A DNA stretch of 64,000 nt from TPA_inf: Saccharomyces (lineage: Eukaryota), in assembly GCA_000146045.2 (NCBI GenBank), contig BK006944.2, positions 288,001 to 352,000 on the forward strand. The letters run 5' to 3'. A model generated the notes under the pieces. It saw only the letters and a list, made by a program, of their open reading frames with translations. It was not told where the DNA came from and made no database searches. Positions 29,764 to 40,117 of this stretch are shown in pieces (the stretch's first letter is position 1; each line of letters starts with the position of its first letter). Position numbers and translations under genes: made by a program.

Positions 29764-32673
29764 ATGAGCACTGATAACTCACAAAAGGATGAAGGTGTTC
29801 CTTTGCTTTCCCCTTACTCTAGTAGCCCTCAACTAAGGAAAAAGAAGCGCAATCAAAAAAGAAGAAAGGACAAGTTTGTTGGTCACTTGAAGTCAGACTC
29901 ACGTAGGCCAACGCAACTGCTGCATGATAATCTGCAACACAATCACGGCCAGATTACTGATTTCGACCAGATCGATTCCTGGGGCATGCTGCATGAATCT
30001 GATTCTACAAGTAATGATATAATAAAAAGTGAGGATCCATCGCTCAAGGGCGCGTTCATTGATCATAGACCTTCAATGAGCCAACCTAGGGAGGGGCCTC
30101 AAAGTGTATCAAGCACAGTTCAACCACAGCCAATAATGAAGTTTTCAACACCAAGTTACAAGAAACCCGCAGGGTTAAGACCCTCTGATCAGAATAGATC
30201 ATTAGTATCGGACTTATCCCCTTCAGAGCTTGAATCATGGCTGAAGAGAAGGAAATCTGTTCATAAGAGTTTTGTTGACGAAAACTCCCCCACCGATAGG
30301 AGACAATCGAACGCGAATAATGATGTCGTGATTGATGTTGATGCGTTAATGAACCATGTTAACAACAATGCAAGTACTGGGGTTAATGATAACAGCAAGA
30401 GAAGAAAGAAAAAGAGGGGTTCTGATGATAGTAGCAACAAAAATTCCAAATCCACATCCAGTGATTCAAACGATGAAGAGGATGAGTATAACTCAAGGCC
30501 ATCTTCTAGTCTTTCTTCAAATAACTCTTCTTTGGATGACGTTTGTTTAGTGCTTGATGATGAGGGTAGCGAAGTGCCAAAAGCTTGGCCTGATTGTACT
30601 GTTTTGGAAGAATTTTCCAAGGAAGAAACAGAGAGACTAAGAAGTCAAGCTATTCAAGATGCTGAAGCTTTCCACTTCCAATACGATGAAGATGAGGAAG
30701 ATGGAACATCAAATGAAGATGGAATTCTTTTTTCAAAGCCAATCGTAACTAATATTGATGTCCCTGAATTGGGAAACAGAAGGGTAAACGAAACAGAGAA
30801 TTTGAAGAACGGCCGTTTAAGGCCAAAAAGAATTGCGCCATGGCATTTGATTCAACGTCCAATGGTCCTTGGGTCCAATTCAACCAAGGACTCAAAATCA
30901 AGAATTCAAAGCGGATTACAAGATAACTTACTAGTCGGCAGAAATATTCAATATCCTCCGCATATTATTTCTAATAACCCAGAACATTTCAGGTTCACTT
31001 ATTTTAGGGTGGATTTGGACTCTACTGTTCATTCTCCGACAATATCTGGTTTACTGCAACCTGGTCAAAAATTTCAAGATTTATTTGTCGCTTCTATATA
31101 CTCCCAAGATAATAGCGCTGGTCATATCAAGACACATCCAAATTCTCCAACACCTGGTATAAAAGCAGAAACTGTATCTCAACTCCAGGGATTGACAGCT
31201 AAAAACCCTTCCACTTTATCGTCTATGTCTGTGGCAAATATAGAGGATGTTCCTCCATTCTGGTTGGATGTCAGCAATCCTACTGAAGAGGAGATGAAAA
31301 TATTAAGTAAAGCTTTCGGAATTCACCCTTTAACTACAGAAGATATTTTTTTGGGAGAAGTTCGTGAGAAAGTGGAACTATTTAGAGATTATTACCTGAT
31401 TTGTTTTAGAAGTTTCGATATTGTAGCAGAAAAGCATGTTCGTCGGAGGAGAAAAGAAAAGCAAGAATCTGCTACCTTGGATCATGAAAGTATTTCACGT
31501 CGTAAATCACAAGCCTATGGTGCTACTATGTCAAATGAATCAAATGCAAATAACAATAACAGTACAAGCAATGCAAGTAGGAGCAAATGGCTTCCATCGA
31601 TTTTACGTGCACGCCGTCGGTCATCTGCAAATAGAACAACCAATACATCATCATCAAGCTATAAACGCCGTGTCAAAAGCGAAAAGAAAAAGATGGAAGA
31701 GAACGAAAAATTCAAAAGAAAATCAGGAGACAGGCACAAACCACGTGAGGGAGAATTAGAGCCATTGAATGTTTACATTATTGTTTTCAGAACTGGTGTA
31801 TTGACGTTTCATTTTGCTCCCACACCACATCCTATTAATGTTCGAAGAAGAGCAAGACTACTAAAGGATTACCTTAATGTTACCTCTGATTGGATTGCGT
31901 ATGCCTTAATCGATGACATTACAGACGCATTTGCCCCTATGATAGAACTTATCGAAGATGAAGTTTATGAGATTGAGGACGCCATTTTGAAGATGCATCA
32001 GTCAGATGATTCTAGTGATAGCGATTCTAGCGATAGTGATTCCGATTCGGGCGCTAGCGATGAGGATGCATTTCCGTTCGATGTCTATTCTAAAAAGACG
32101 TCCTACTCTAGTGCAAAATCTAGTGTGAGTTCAAGAAGTATGAGCACTTCTGAAGCGTCATTCAATGCAAATTTGATAGGTTGGAAGAGAAAAGGAGATA
32201 TGTTGAGGCGGATTGGTGAATGCCGTAAAAGAGTGATGAGTATACTAAGATTGCTAGGATCCAAGGCTGATGTGATAAAAGGATTTGCCAAAAGGTATAA
32301 TGAGCAATGGGAAGCTTCGCCACAATCTGAAATCGCAATGTATTTGGGTGATATTCAAGATCATATTGTAACCATGGTCTCATCGCTAAACCATTATGAA
32401 AAACTGTTAAGTAGATCGCATTCAAATTATCTGGCACAAATCAACATTGATATGACGAAGGTTAATAATGACATGAACGACGTTTTGGGAAAAATTACCA
32501 TACTGGGTACTATTGTTCTGCCAATGAATGTGATTACGGGTCTGTGGGGTATGAATGTTATCGTGCCCGGACAATACAGGGATTCGTTGACATGGTTTAT
32601 AGGCATTGTGCTTTTTATGTGTATGCTAGCATGTTCTGCATATATGTATACTAAGAGAAGATTCGGGTTTTAA
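29764..32673 (+). CDS. MNR2: CorA-family Mg2+ transporter (vacuolar membrane)
   Basis: 969 aa. The C-terminus has two TM helices with the signature GMN motif (LWGMNVIVPGQ). A long S/N/D-rich N-terminal region precedes them. Matches YKL064W. Confidence 0.9.
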   Translation: MSTDNSQKDEGVPLLSPYSSSPQLRKKKRNQKRRKDKFVGHLKSDSRRPTQLLHDNLQHNHGQITDFDQIDSWGMLHESDSTSNDIIKSEDPSLKGAFIDHRPSMSQPREGPQSVSSTVQPQPIMKFSTPSYKKPAGLRPSDQNRSLVSDLSPSELESWLKRRKSVHKSFVDENSPTDRRQSNANNDVVIDVDALMNHVNNNASTGVNDNSKRRKKKRGSDDSSNKNSKSTSSDSNDEEDEYNSRPSSSLSSNNSSLDDVCLVLDDEGSEVPKAWPDCTVLEEFSKEETERLRSQAIQDAEAFHFQYDEDEEDGTSNEDGILFSKPIVTNIDVPELGNRRVNETENLKNGRLRPKRIAPWHLIQRPMVLGSNSTKDSKSRIQSGLQDNLLVGRNIQYPPHIISNNPEHFRFTYFRVDLDSTVHSPTISGLLQPGQKFQDLFVASIYSQDNSAGHIKTHPNSPTPGIKAETVSQLQGLTAKNPSTLSSMSVANIEDVPPFWLDVSNPTEEEMKILSKAFGIHPLTTEDIFLGEVREKVELFRDYYLICFRSFDIVAEKHVRRRRKEKQESATLDHESISRRKSQAYGATMSNESNANNNNSTSNASRSKWLPSILRARRRSSANRTTNTSSSSYKRRVKSEKKKMEENEKFKRKSGDRHKPREGELEPLNVYIIVFRTGVLTFHFAPTPHPINVRRRARLLKDYLNVTSDWIAYALIDDITDAFAPMIELIEDEVYEIEDAILKMHQSDDSSDSDSSDSDSDSGASDEDAFPFDVYSKKTSYSSAKSSVSSRSMSTSEASFNANLIGWKRKGDMLRRIGECRKRVMSILRLLGSKADVIKGFAKRYNEQWEASPQSEIAMYLGDIQDHIVTMVSSLNHYEKLLSRSHSNYLAQINIDMTKVNNDMNDVLGKITILGTIVLPMNVITGLWGMNVIVPGQYRDSLTWFIGIVLFMCMLACSAYMYTKRRFGF

Positions 32674-32823
32674 TTTAAGTGTTTTTTCGCGCATTAGCGC
32701 TTGCTTTTCCTTCGATTTTAATTATCAGCCTAAATTATTGTTGTCTTTCCCGAAGGATAGAATTGTAAATTATCAGCGCCGTATCGTATACTTGTGGTGA
32801 TAAATATCTTTAATCTATTTATG

Positions 32824-32843
32824 TTTTTTTTTTTTTTTTTTTT
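32824..32843. repeat. Poly(dT) tract, T20
   Basis: An uninterrupted run of 20 T residues between the convergent 3' ends of MNR2 and YKL063C. Confidence 0.95.
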
Positions 32844-33014
32844 CGTGTCTGGTTTCTACATGTTTGTGAACGTTCTGCATATCTTTATGTACGTACACAG
32901 TATGTTAGTATGCACTTATACTATACAAAGAATAAGGGAGGTGAGGTTAATCAATAAGGTTAACGTAAAACATTTATTATTTTCATCACCAAACTGTTGG
33001 AAGTTTTGAATTGG

Positions 33015-33518
33015 TTAATTATCAAGGATTTCATTGTTAGCCAAATTTTCCTTGGCGAGATCTTGTTTCTCTTTCTGGAGTTGCTGTTTTTGTTCTTTTT
33101 TGTCCTTGTTTATTTGTTTTTGCTTTTCTGAATCAATTTGTGGTTTCAAATCGTTCTCCAAATTCTTTACTTCTTGTTGCTTTGCGACTTCATTATTGAA
33201 CTTTTCTTTAGGTACTTTAGCTTGTTGTGGTTGCTTATTGTTAGTCGCATCAGCTGCACCGCCGGCTGCAATATTGGTATGATCGCTTGCACTTGCAGAA
33301 ACATCAGAAGAATGGCTTTCTAGCTTGATCTCAGTTTCTTTATTCAGATCAGAATAGGCAACTTTTATAACGAAATAAACGCCACATAACAGTATAATGT
33401 ATACTATAATCTTTTTCATAGGGGTAGTCAGATAACCGCCCCTTCTTCTGGAATTATATTTGCTTCCTGTTTTATAACGAGGTAAAAGATCTTTTTTCCT
33501 TCTGATATCGCCCTGCAT
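33015..33518 (-). CDS. YKL063C: Small type II membrane protein of unknown function (Golgi-localised, YKL063C)
   Basis: 167 aa with a basic N-terminus, a single TM helix (IIVYIILLCGVYFVIKVA) and a K/Q/E-rich coiled-coil-like C-terminus. Confidence 0.75.
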   Translation of the reverse strand: MQGDIRRKKDLLPRYKTGSKYNSRRRGGYLTTPMKKIIVYIILLCGVYFVIKVAYSDLNKETEIKLESHSSDVSASASDHTNIAAGGAADATNNKQPQQAKVPKEKFNNEVAKQQEVKNLENDLKPQIDSEKQKQINKDKKEQKQQLQKEKQDLAKENLANNEILDN

Positions 33519-33765
33519 ATTTTCTATAATTATGAATCACTTTAGTTTGATTTATATTTGCTCAGAATACCCTAGCTTTATCTATATAGTACTACTACTT
33601 TGGAGGGGAGGAACGTATGTTGGAAGGCAATAGCACTCTGGTAAAGTGCTAACTCTTAATGTTAATGACGAAATCACTTTTTTTGCCTTTCTGAAAGATT
33701 GGAAGACTGTCACTGAGAAATTCGCTATTCTTTTCTTTTTCTTCGTGTTTTTTTTTGTTAGAATA

Positions 33766-33814
33766 CTGCACAGCTTGCTATCCCGCTGCACAGCTTGCTA
33801 TCCCGCTGCACAAC
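33766..33814. repeat. Tandem duplication, 2.45 copies of a 20-bp unit CTGCACAGCTTGCTATCCCG
   Basis: Two perfect adjacent copies plus a 9-bp partial third copy, about 250 bp upstream of the YKL063C ATG. Confidence 0.95.
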
Positions 33815-34329
33815 ATGAAATTGCTCACGTCGTGCCAAATTACATATAGGTGCTTACCCTGTTTATATTTTTTGCCTTCATAGCGGAGTTTTTAAGGGTA
33901 GCCCTTATGTTTTTAGCGTTCATTTGAACGAATGGCTAACGCTAAACGGAGAAGAGAGGAAAACAAGGCCGCTGGCGTTATTGCGCGTAAAAACAGGAGA
34001 TAAGCACTGTTTAACATACATTTCATTGAAAGCTTAAAGCCGCAAAAGATGAAGGGTTTTCAAAATTTTCATCTCTTGCAGTATAAGGATGCAGTGAATC
34101 TATCTACAGACAGTTGATAAAAACGTCTACCTTGCCTAGTGTACCCAGCTGCTGTCAACTTCTTTCCTTAGCGCGTAAAGAGCTATGTTTTCGATAAAAG
34201 ATGCAACATAAATGCTACGATGTAAGGCACCCAGGACCTCTGAAGGCAAAGAAGTTGTGAAATTTGAAAAATAATCGCTCAAAAAGGAATAATTGTCAAG
34301 CGTAACGATTTTTTTGATTTTCCGAAATC

Positions 34330-34358
34330 AGGGGAGGGGAAAAGAAAAGGGGAAGGGG
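34330..34358. promoter_or_regulatory. Cluster of four AGGGG (STRE) motifs in the YKL063C-MSN4 intergenic region
   Basis: cAGGGGAGGGGaaaagaaaAGGGGaAGGGGtc has AGGGG at 34330, 34335, 34348 and 34354. The STRE core bound by Msn2/Msn4 is AGGGG/CCCCT. Confidence 0.5.
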
Positions 34359-34439
34359 TCTCCTCACAGGTATTGTGAGCTCCAAGCAATCATTTTGCCA
34401 GCACTAGGAAATAATAAAATGAAAGAAAAAAACATACAT

Positions 34440-34760
34440 AGAAAGTGCCGCTCCGGGGCATTTTGAGCGCGGCAAAAAAAGCCCGAAGATCCGTTCCTCG
34501 AAGGAACGGCAACCGCACACCAAGAAAAAGGGAAAAAGGTGGGGTTGGCTGTAAAGTACGAGCGCGGGGACGGATCCGTAACAATTTCTATGTGGGGCCA
34601 GCAGCCGGCTGCTGGTGGGTACTGTTGTACGAAGCGGTTGGTAGCGATGACAGTGGCCAGGGCTGCTAGGCATGGTGCCGTGAAAACCCAGCGCAAATGT
34701 CAGGCTGCAGGAACCGGCTTTCTCCCACGAGGTTTCACTGCTGGCGGCGTACTGGTCATT
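34440..34760. other. GC-rich (~55-60% GC) palindrome-rich island, atypical for yeast intergenic DNA. Function unknown; could be a regulatory island or a structured non-coding transcript
   Basis: There is an 18-bp perfect palindrome CCAGCAGCCGGCTGCTGG (34598-34615), an 8-bp-stem hairpin CCGTTCCTcgaAGGAACGG (34491-34509), and CTCACAggtatTGTGAG (34363-34379) just upstream. All six frames carry stop-poor ORFs of 64-110 aa with no protein-like composition. Confidence 0.6.
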
Positions 34761-35227
34761 TTTAGAACCTGAAAACCCGAGCTAGAACTAGGACTCTTGA
34801 GCAATAAGGTTTGCGCATTGCTATTCTCCGGATAAACCAAACCCACCCTTTTAAGAGCGTTTAACAAAGGTCTCTTATCTATCAAAAGTATTATGGCTAT
34901 TTCTGGGATTCCGCTTGCGGGCCTTTCTACCCTCTTGATGCTACACATGTTTCCCTTAGATGCATGAGCATACCTGTAGGTACTTAAATTTTATTTTTAT
35001 GCATCTTATTTCTGTCTAAATTTGTATATAACAAGCAACTGCAGTTCTGTGATGTGTTTTTCGCAACTGGTCAACAGGCTTAAGAATTTTTCCGTCTCTT
35101 TCCGTTTTATTTCCAGAGAATTAACATTTATAGAGAAAAGAATTAAAACGTGAAATTTCCTTTTTGAATATTTAACGCCTTTATCAGTTCGGCTTTTTTT
35201 TCTTTTCTTCTTATTAAAAACAATATA

Positions 35228-37120
35228 ATGCTAGTCTTCGGACCTAATAGTAGTTTCGTTCGTCACGCAAACAAGAAACAAGAAGATTCGTCTATAATGA
35301 ACGAGCCAAACGGATTGATGGACCCGGTATTGAGCACAACCAACGTTTCTGCTACTTCTTCTAATGACAATTCTGCGAACAATAGCATATCTTCGCCGGA
35401 ATATACCTTTGGTCAATTCTCAATGGATTCTCCGCATAGAACGGACGCCACTAATACTCCAATTTTAACAGCGACAACTAATACGACTGCTAATAATAGT
35501 TTAATGAATTTAAAGGATACCGCCAGTTTAGCTACCAACTGGAAGTGGAAAAATTCCAATAACGCACAGTTCGTGAATGACGGTGAGAAACAAAGCAGTA
35601 ATGCTAATGGTAAGAAAAATGGTGGTGATAAGATATATAGTTCAGTAGCCACCCCTCAAGCTTTAAATGACGAATTGAAAAACTTGGAGCAACTAGAAAA
35701 GGTATTTTCTCCAATGAATCCTATCAATGACAGTCATTTTAATGAAAATATAGAATTATCGCCACACCAACATGCAACTTCTCCCAAGACAAACCTTCTT
35801 GAGGCAGAACCTTCAATATATTCCAATTTGTTTCTAGATGCTAGGTTACCAAACAACGCCAACAGTACAACAGGATTGAACGACAATGATTATAATCTAG
35901 ACGATACCAATAATGATAATACTAATAGCATGCAATCAATCTTAGAGGATTTTGTATCTTCAGAAGAAGCATTGAAGTTCATGCCGGACGCTGGTCGCGA
36001 CGCAAGAAGATACAGCGAGGTGGTTACCTCTTCCTTTCCTTCTATGACGGATTCTAGAAATTCGATCTCTCATTCGATAGAGTTTTGGAATCTCAATCAC
36101 AAAAATAGTAGCAACAGTAAACCCACTCAACAAATTATCCCTGAAGGTACTGCCACTACTGAGAGGCGTGGATCAACCATTTCACCTACTACCACTATAA
36201 ACAACTCTAATCCAAACTTCAAATTATTAGATCATGACGTTTCTCAAGCTCTGAGCGGTTATAGTATGGATTTTTCTAAGGACTCTGGTATAACAAAGCC
36301 AAAAAGCATTTCCTCTTCTTTAAATCGCATCTCCCATAGCAGTAGCACCACAAGGCAACAGCGTGCCTCTTTGCCCTTAATTCATGATATTGAATCTTTT
36401 GCAAATGATTCGGTGATGGCAAATCCTCTGTCTGATTCCGCATCATTTCTTTCAGAAGAAAATGAAGACGATGCTTTTGGTGCGCTAAATTACAATAGCT
36501 TAGATGCAACCACAATGTCGGCATTCGACAATAACGTAGACCCCTTCAACATTCTCAAGTCATCTCCGGCTCAGGATCAACAGTTTATCAAACCCTCTAT
36601 GATGTTGTCGGATAATGCCTCTGCTGCCGCTAAATTGGCGACTTCTGGTGTTGATAATATCACACCTACACCAGCTTTCCAAAGAAGAAGCTATGATATC
36701 TCGATGAACTCTTCGTTCAAAATACTTCCTACTAGTCAAGCTCACCATGCAGCTCAACATCATCAACAACAACCTACTAAACAGGCAACGGTAAGCCCAA
36801 ACACAAGAAGAAGAAAGTCGTCAAGTGTTACTTTAAGTCCAACTATTTCTCATAACAACAACAATGGTAAGGTTCCTGTCCAACCTCGGAAAAGGAAATC
36901 TATTACTACCATTGACCCCAACAACTACGATAAAAATAAACCTTTCAAGTGTAAAGACTGTGAGAAGGCATTCAGACGCAGTGAGCACTTGAAAAGGCAT
37001 ATAAGATCCGTTCATTCAACGGAACGCCCTTTTGCTTGTATGTTCTGTGAGAAAAAATTCAGTAGAAGTGACAATTTATCACAACATCTAAAAACTCACA
37101 AAAAGCACGGTGATTTTTGA
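35228..37120 (+). CDS. MSN4: Stress-responsive C2H2 zinc-finger transcription factor
   Basis: 630 aa. The C-terminus has two C2H2 fingers ([24 protein letters not shown]; [23 protein letters not shown]) after a long S/N/T-rich region. Confidence 0.95.
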   Translation: MLVFGPNSSFVRHANKKQEDSSIMNEPNGLMDPVLSTTNVSATSSNDNSANNSISSPEYTFGQFSMDSPHRTDATNTPILTATTNTTANNSLMNLKDTASLATNWKWKNSNNAQFVNDGEKQSSNANGKKNGGDKIYSSVATPQALNDELKNLEQLEKVFSPMNPINDSHFNENIELSPHQHATSPKTNLLEAEPSIYSNLFLDARLPNNANSTTGLNDNDYNLDDTNNDNTNSMQSILEDFVSSEEALKFMPDAGRDARRYSEVVTSSFPSMTDSRNSISHSIEFWNLNHKNSSNSKPTQQIIPEGTATTERRGSTISPTTTINNSNPNFKLLDHDVSQALSGYSMDFSKDSGITKPKSISSSLNRISHSSSTTRQQRASLPLIHDIESFANDSVMANPLSDSASFLSEENEDDAFGALNYNSLDATTMSAFDNNVDPFNILKSSPAQDQQFIKPSMMLSDNASAAAKLATSGVDNITPTPAFQRRSYDISMNSSFKILPTSQAHHAAQHHQQQPTKQATVSPNTRRRKSSSVTLSPTISHNNNNGKVPVQPRKRKSITTIDPNNYDKNKPFKCKDCEKAFRRSEHLKRHIRSVHSTERPFACMFCEKKFSRSDNLSQHLKTHKKHGDF

Positions 37121-37770
37121 AAAAAATAAGGTCAAAAGCAAATAAAAGCAAGACAAGCTACGGTATGACAAGTTTTCGGAGAAATAATATTCTTTCTTCC
37201 TCAGTTTACAAAACAAGTAGGTTGGTCATTTCATTCGGATATATTCTAAGGAATGAAATGAACATTGGTGTTTGTTTCTAATATAATCTTAAGATATTTT
37301 AAATTGTTTCTTTCCTTTTTTGCCTTTCTAACTATTACTTCAACTTCTTTTCCGTATATTTCCGTTTTTTCCATTTGGCAGATTAAAAAAATTGTGCACG
37401 TTCTGGTTTTAACGTATAGACTTCTAATATATTTCTCCATACTTGGTATTTTTTATTCACTTTTTTTATACATATTTGGTTTTTTTATACAATATCAAAA
37501 ATCAATAATAATTAATTTAATAACAAGAATATGTTGCTGTGATGACTCTTAATATACAATTGGGAAGCATTCAAGGATTGGTACGACGTTTGCTTTCTGA
37601 TAATTAAACGCTTGGCGTTTAATCTTTTTTGCCGATTAATAATATTATTATTACCCTCTTATTTATTAGCATTGTCTTCCGTACTAAAAGGAGTAGGGAA
37701 AAAGGCGAAGTAGAGTGACACGTCCATTACCCAGCGCTTCATAAGAATCCATCAGGTATATTAAATTGTG

Positions 37771-38112
37771 ATGGGAGAACAAAACAAATTGTACTATGAT
37801 GTCGAGAAATTGGTGAATTCTTTGCAGGAAAGTTTTGACCTGGATTGCGCGCAAAGTGTATCACTTTTCACCAGTAAATCAAGGAGCAATGAGGCTTGGT
37901 TGGAAGAGCTAGAGAATAAATTCAAGTTAAAAGATGATGTTGAACTTGATGATGTGGAAAATTTAAGAGCCGAAATTGACATGAAGTTAAATATGTTGGA
38001 GGATAAAGTAAGCTACTATGAAAGACTTTACAAAGAACTCGAAGAGTTCCAGAATGAAATAAAAATTAAAACAGTTGTGAATAACAGAAGACAATCGCGA
38101 ACTCCAAAATGA
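37771..38112 (+). CDS. BLI1: BLOC-1 complex subunit (small coiled-coil protein)
   Basis: The track ORF is 114 aa. The second Met gives 113 aa, matching YKL061W. The sequence is predicted coiled-coil. Confidence 0.7.
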
Positions 38113-38407
38113 GCTATCAAAAACGATAGATCGATTAGGATGACTTTGAAATGACTCCGCAGTGGACTGGCCGTTAATTTCAAGCGTGAGTAAAATAGTG
38201 CATGACAAAAGATGAGCTAGGCTTTTGTAAAAATATCTTACGTTGTAAAATTTTAGAAATCATTATTTCCTTCATATCATTTTGTCATTGACCTTCAGAA
38301 GAAAAGAGCCGACCAATAATATAAATAAATAAATAAAAATAATATTCCATTATTTCTAAACAGATTCAATACTCATTAAAAAACTATATCAATTAATTTG
38401 AATTAAC

Positions 38408-39487
38408 TTATAAAGTGTTAGTGGTACGGAAAGTTTCCAAAGACTTGGTGATCTTAGCACCCATGGTCTTTTCACCTTCTCTAACCCAGACTCTTGGGTC
38501 GAAGAACTTCTTGTTTGGCTTTTCTGGACCTTCTGGGTTACCGACTGGGGACATTATGTAGTCCTTCTTGTTCAAGACGTAGTCTCTGATACCAGTCAAG
38601 TAAGCGTATTGACAGTCAGTGTCCAAGTTGACCTTGACAACACCGTTGTCAATACCAGTGTGGAATTCTTGGACAGTAGAACCGGAACCACCGTGGAAGA
38701 CCAAGAACAATGGCTTTTCTTCCTTGCAACCAACTTGTTCTCTGGTGTACTTTTGGTGTTCAGCCAAGATTTCTGGTCTCAAAGCGATGTCACCAGCGTA
38801 CAAACCGTGACAGTTACCGAAAGCAGCAGCAATGGAGAAGTTTGGAGAGATTGGGTGCAAAGCCTTGTAGACGTTGTAAACTTGTTCTGGCTTGGTGTAC
38901 AAGTCTTCCTTGTCAGCGTTTTCGTTGTTAACACCATCTTCTTCACCACCGGTAATACCGATTTCCATTTCTAACCATTGGTCCATAGCGGCCATTCTCT
39001 TGAAGTACTTGACACAAGTAGAGATGTTTTCTTCATCGGTTTCTTCAGACAAATCCAACATGTGGGAGGAGAATAATGGTTCACCGTGTTCCTTGAAGTA
39101 AGCTTCATCAGCTTCCAACATACCATCGAACCATGGCAACAACTTCTTGGCACAGTGGTCAGAGTGTAAGACAACTGGGATACCGTAAGCTGGAGCAATG
39201 GATCTGATGTAGTGGGCAGCGGCAATAGCACCCTTGATGGAAGCATTTTGACCTTCGTTAGAGATACCCTTACCAGCGAAGTAAGCAGCACCACCGTTAG
39301 AGGTTTGCAAAATGATTGGGGACTTGCTGTCTCTAGCAGCTTCTAAAGCAGCGACGGCAGTAGAAGAAGAGGTGACGTTAATAGCTGGAATAGCGAACTT
39401 GTGTTCCTTAGCGTAAGTGAATAAGTTGTGGACATCTTCACCAACGATGACACCGGTCTTTCTCTTTAAGATTTGTTCAACACCCAT
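38408..39487 (-). CDS. FBA1: Fructose-1,6-bisphosphate aldolase, class II (zinc-dependent)
   Basis: 359 aa, beginning MGVEQILKRKTGVIVGEDVHNLF...HSDHCAKK...FHGGSGS. This is the unmistakable class II aldolase, with strongly biased glycolytic codon usage. Confidence 0.98.
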   Translation of the reverse strand: MGVEQILKRKTGVIVGEDVHNLFTYAKEHKFAIPAINVTSSSTAVAALEAARDSKSPIILQTSNGGAAYFAGKGISNEGQNASIKGAIAAAHYIRSIAPAYGIPVVLHSDHCAKKLLPWFDGMLEADEAYFKEHGEPLFSSHMLDLSEETDEENISTCVKYFKRMAAMDQWLEMEIGITGGEEDGVNNENADKEDLYTKPEQVYNVYKALHPISPNFSIAAAFGNCHGLYAGDIALRPEILAEHQKYTREQVGCKEEKPLFLVFHGGSGSTVQEFHTGIDNGVVKVNLDTDCQYAYLTGIRDYVLNKKDYIMSPVGNPEGPEKPNKKFFDPRVWVREGEKTMGAKITKSLETFRTTNTL

Positions 39488-39982
39488 TTTGAATATGTAT
39501 TACTTGGTTATGGTTATATATGACAAAAGAAAAAGAAGAACAGAAGAATAACGCAAGGAAGAACAATAACTGAAATTGATAGAGAAGTATTATGTCTTTG
39601 TCTTTTTATAATAAATCAAGTGCAGAAATCCGTTAGACAACATGAGGGATAAAATTTAACGTGGGCGAAGAAGAAGGAAAAAAGTTTTTGTGAGGGCGTA
39701 ATTGAAGCGATCTGTTGATTGTAGATTTTTTTTTTTTGAGGAGTCAAAGTCAGAAGAGAACAGACAAATGGTATTAACCATCCAATACTTTTTTGGAGCA
39801 ACGCTAAGCTCATGCTTTTCCATTGGTTACGTGCTCAGTTGTTAGATATGGAAAGAGAGGATGCTCACGGCAGCGTGACTCCAATTGAGCCCGAAAGAGA
39901 GGATGCCACGTTTTCCCGACGGCTGCTAGAATGGAAAAAGGAAAAATAGAAGAATCCCATTCCTATCATTATTTACGTAATG

Positions 39983-39994
39983 ACCCACACATTT
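39983..39994. promoter_or_regulatory. Rap1-type site (ACCCACACATTT) in the FBA1 upstream region
   Basis: It matches the Rap1 consensus ACACCCRYACAYM core (ACCCACACAT) about 500 bp upstream of the FBA1 ATG. Glycolytic promoters typically pair Rap1 with Gcr1 CTTCC boxes. Confidence 0.45.
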
Positions 39995-40117
39995 TTGAGA
40001 TTTTCAACTATTACGTATTACGATAATCCTGCTGTCATTATCATTATTATCTATATCGACGTATGCAACGTATGTGAAGCCAAGTAGGCAATTATTTAGT
40101 ACTGTCAGTATTGTTAT

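Noticed and set aside
33894-33906. AAGGGtagCCCTT short hairpin resembling the 27730 element (both built on AAGGG...CCCTT)
   Set aside because: The stem is only 5 bp and the similarity is limited to a pentamer. This is too weak to call a repeated element.
34364-34948. Six overlapping 64-110 aa ORFs on both strands in the GC-rich island upstream of MSN4
   Set aside because: Stop codons are scarce in GC-rich DNA, which explains the ORFs. They overlap mutually in all frames, are Arg/Ala/Gly/Pro-biased with no domain, and have no consistent start context. The region is treated as non-coding.
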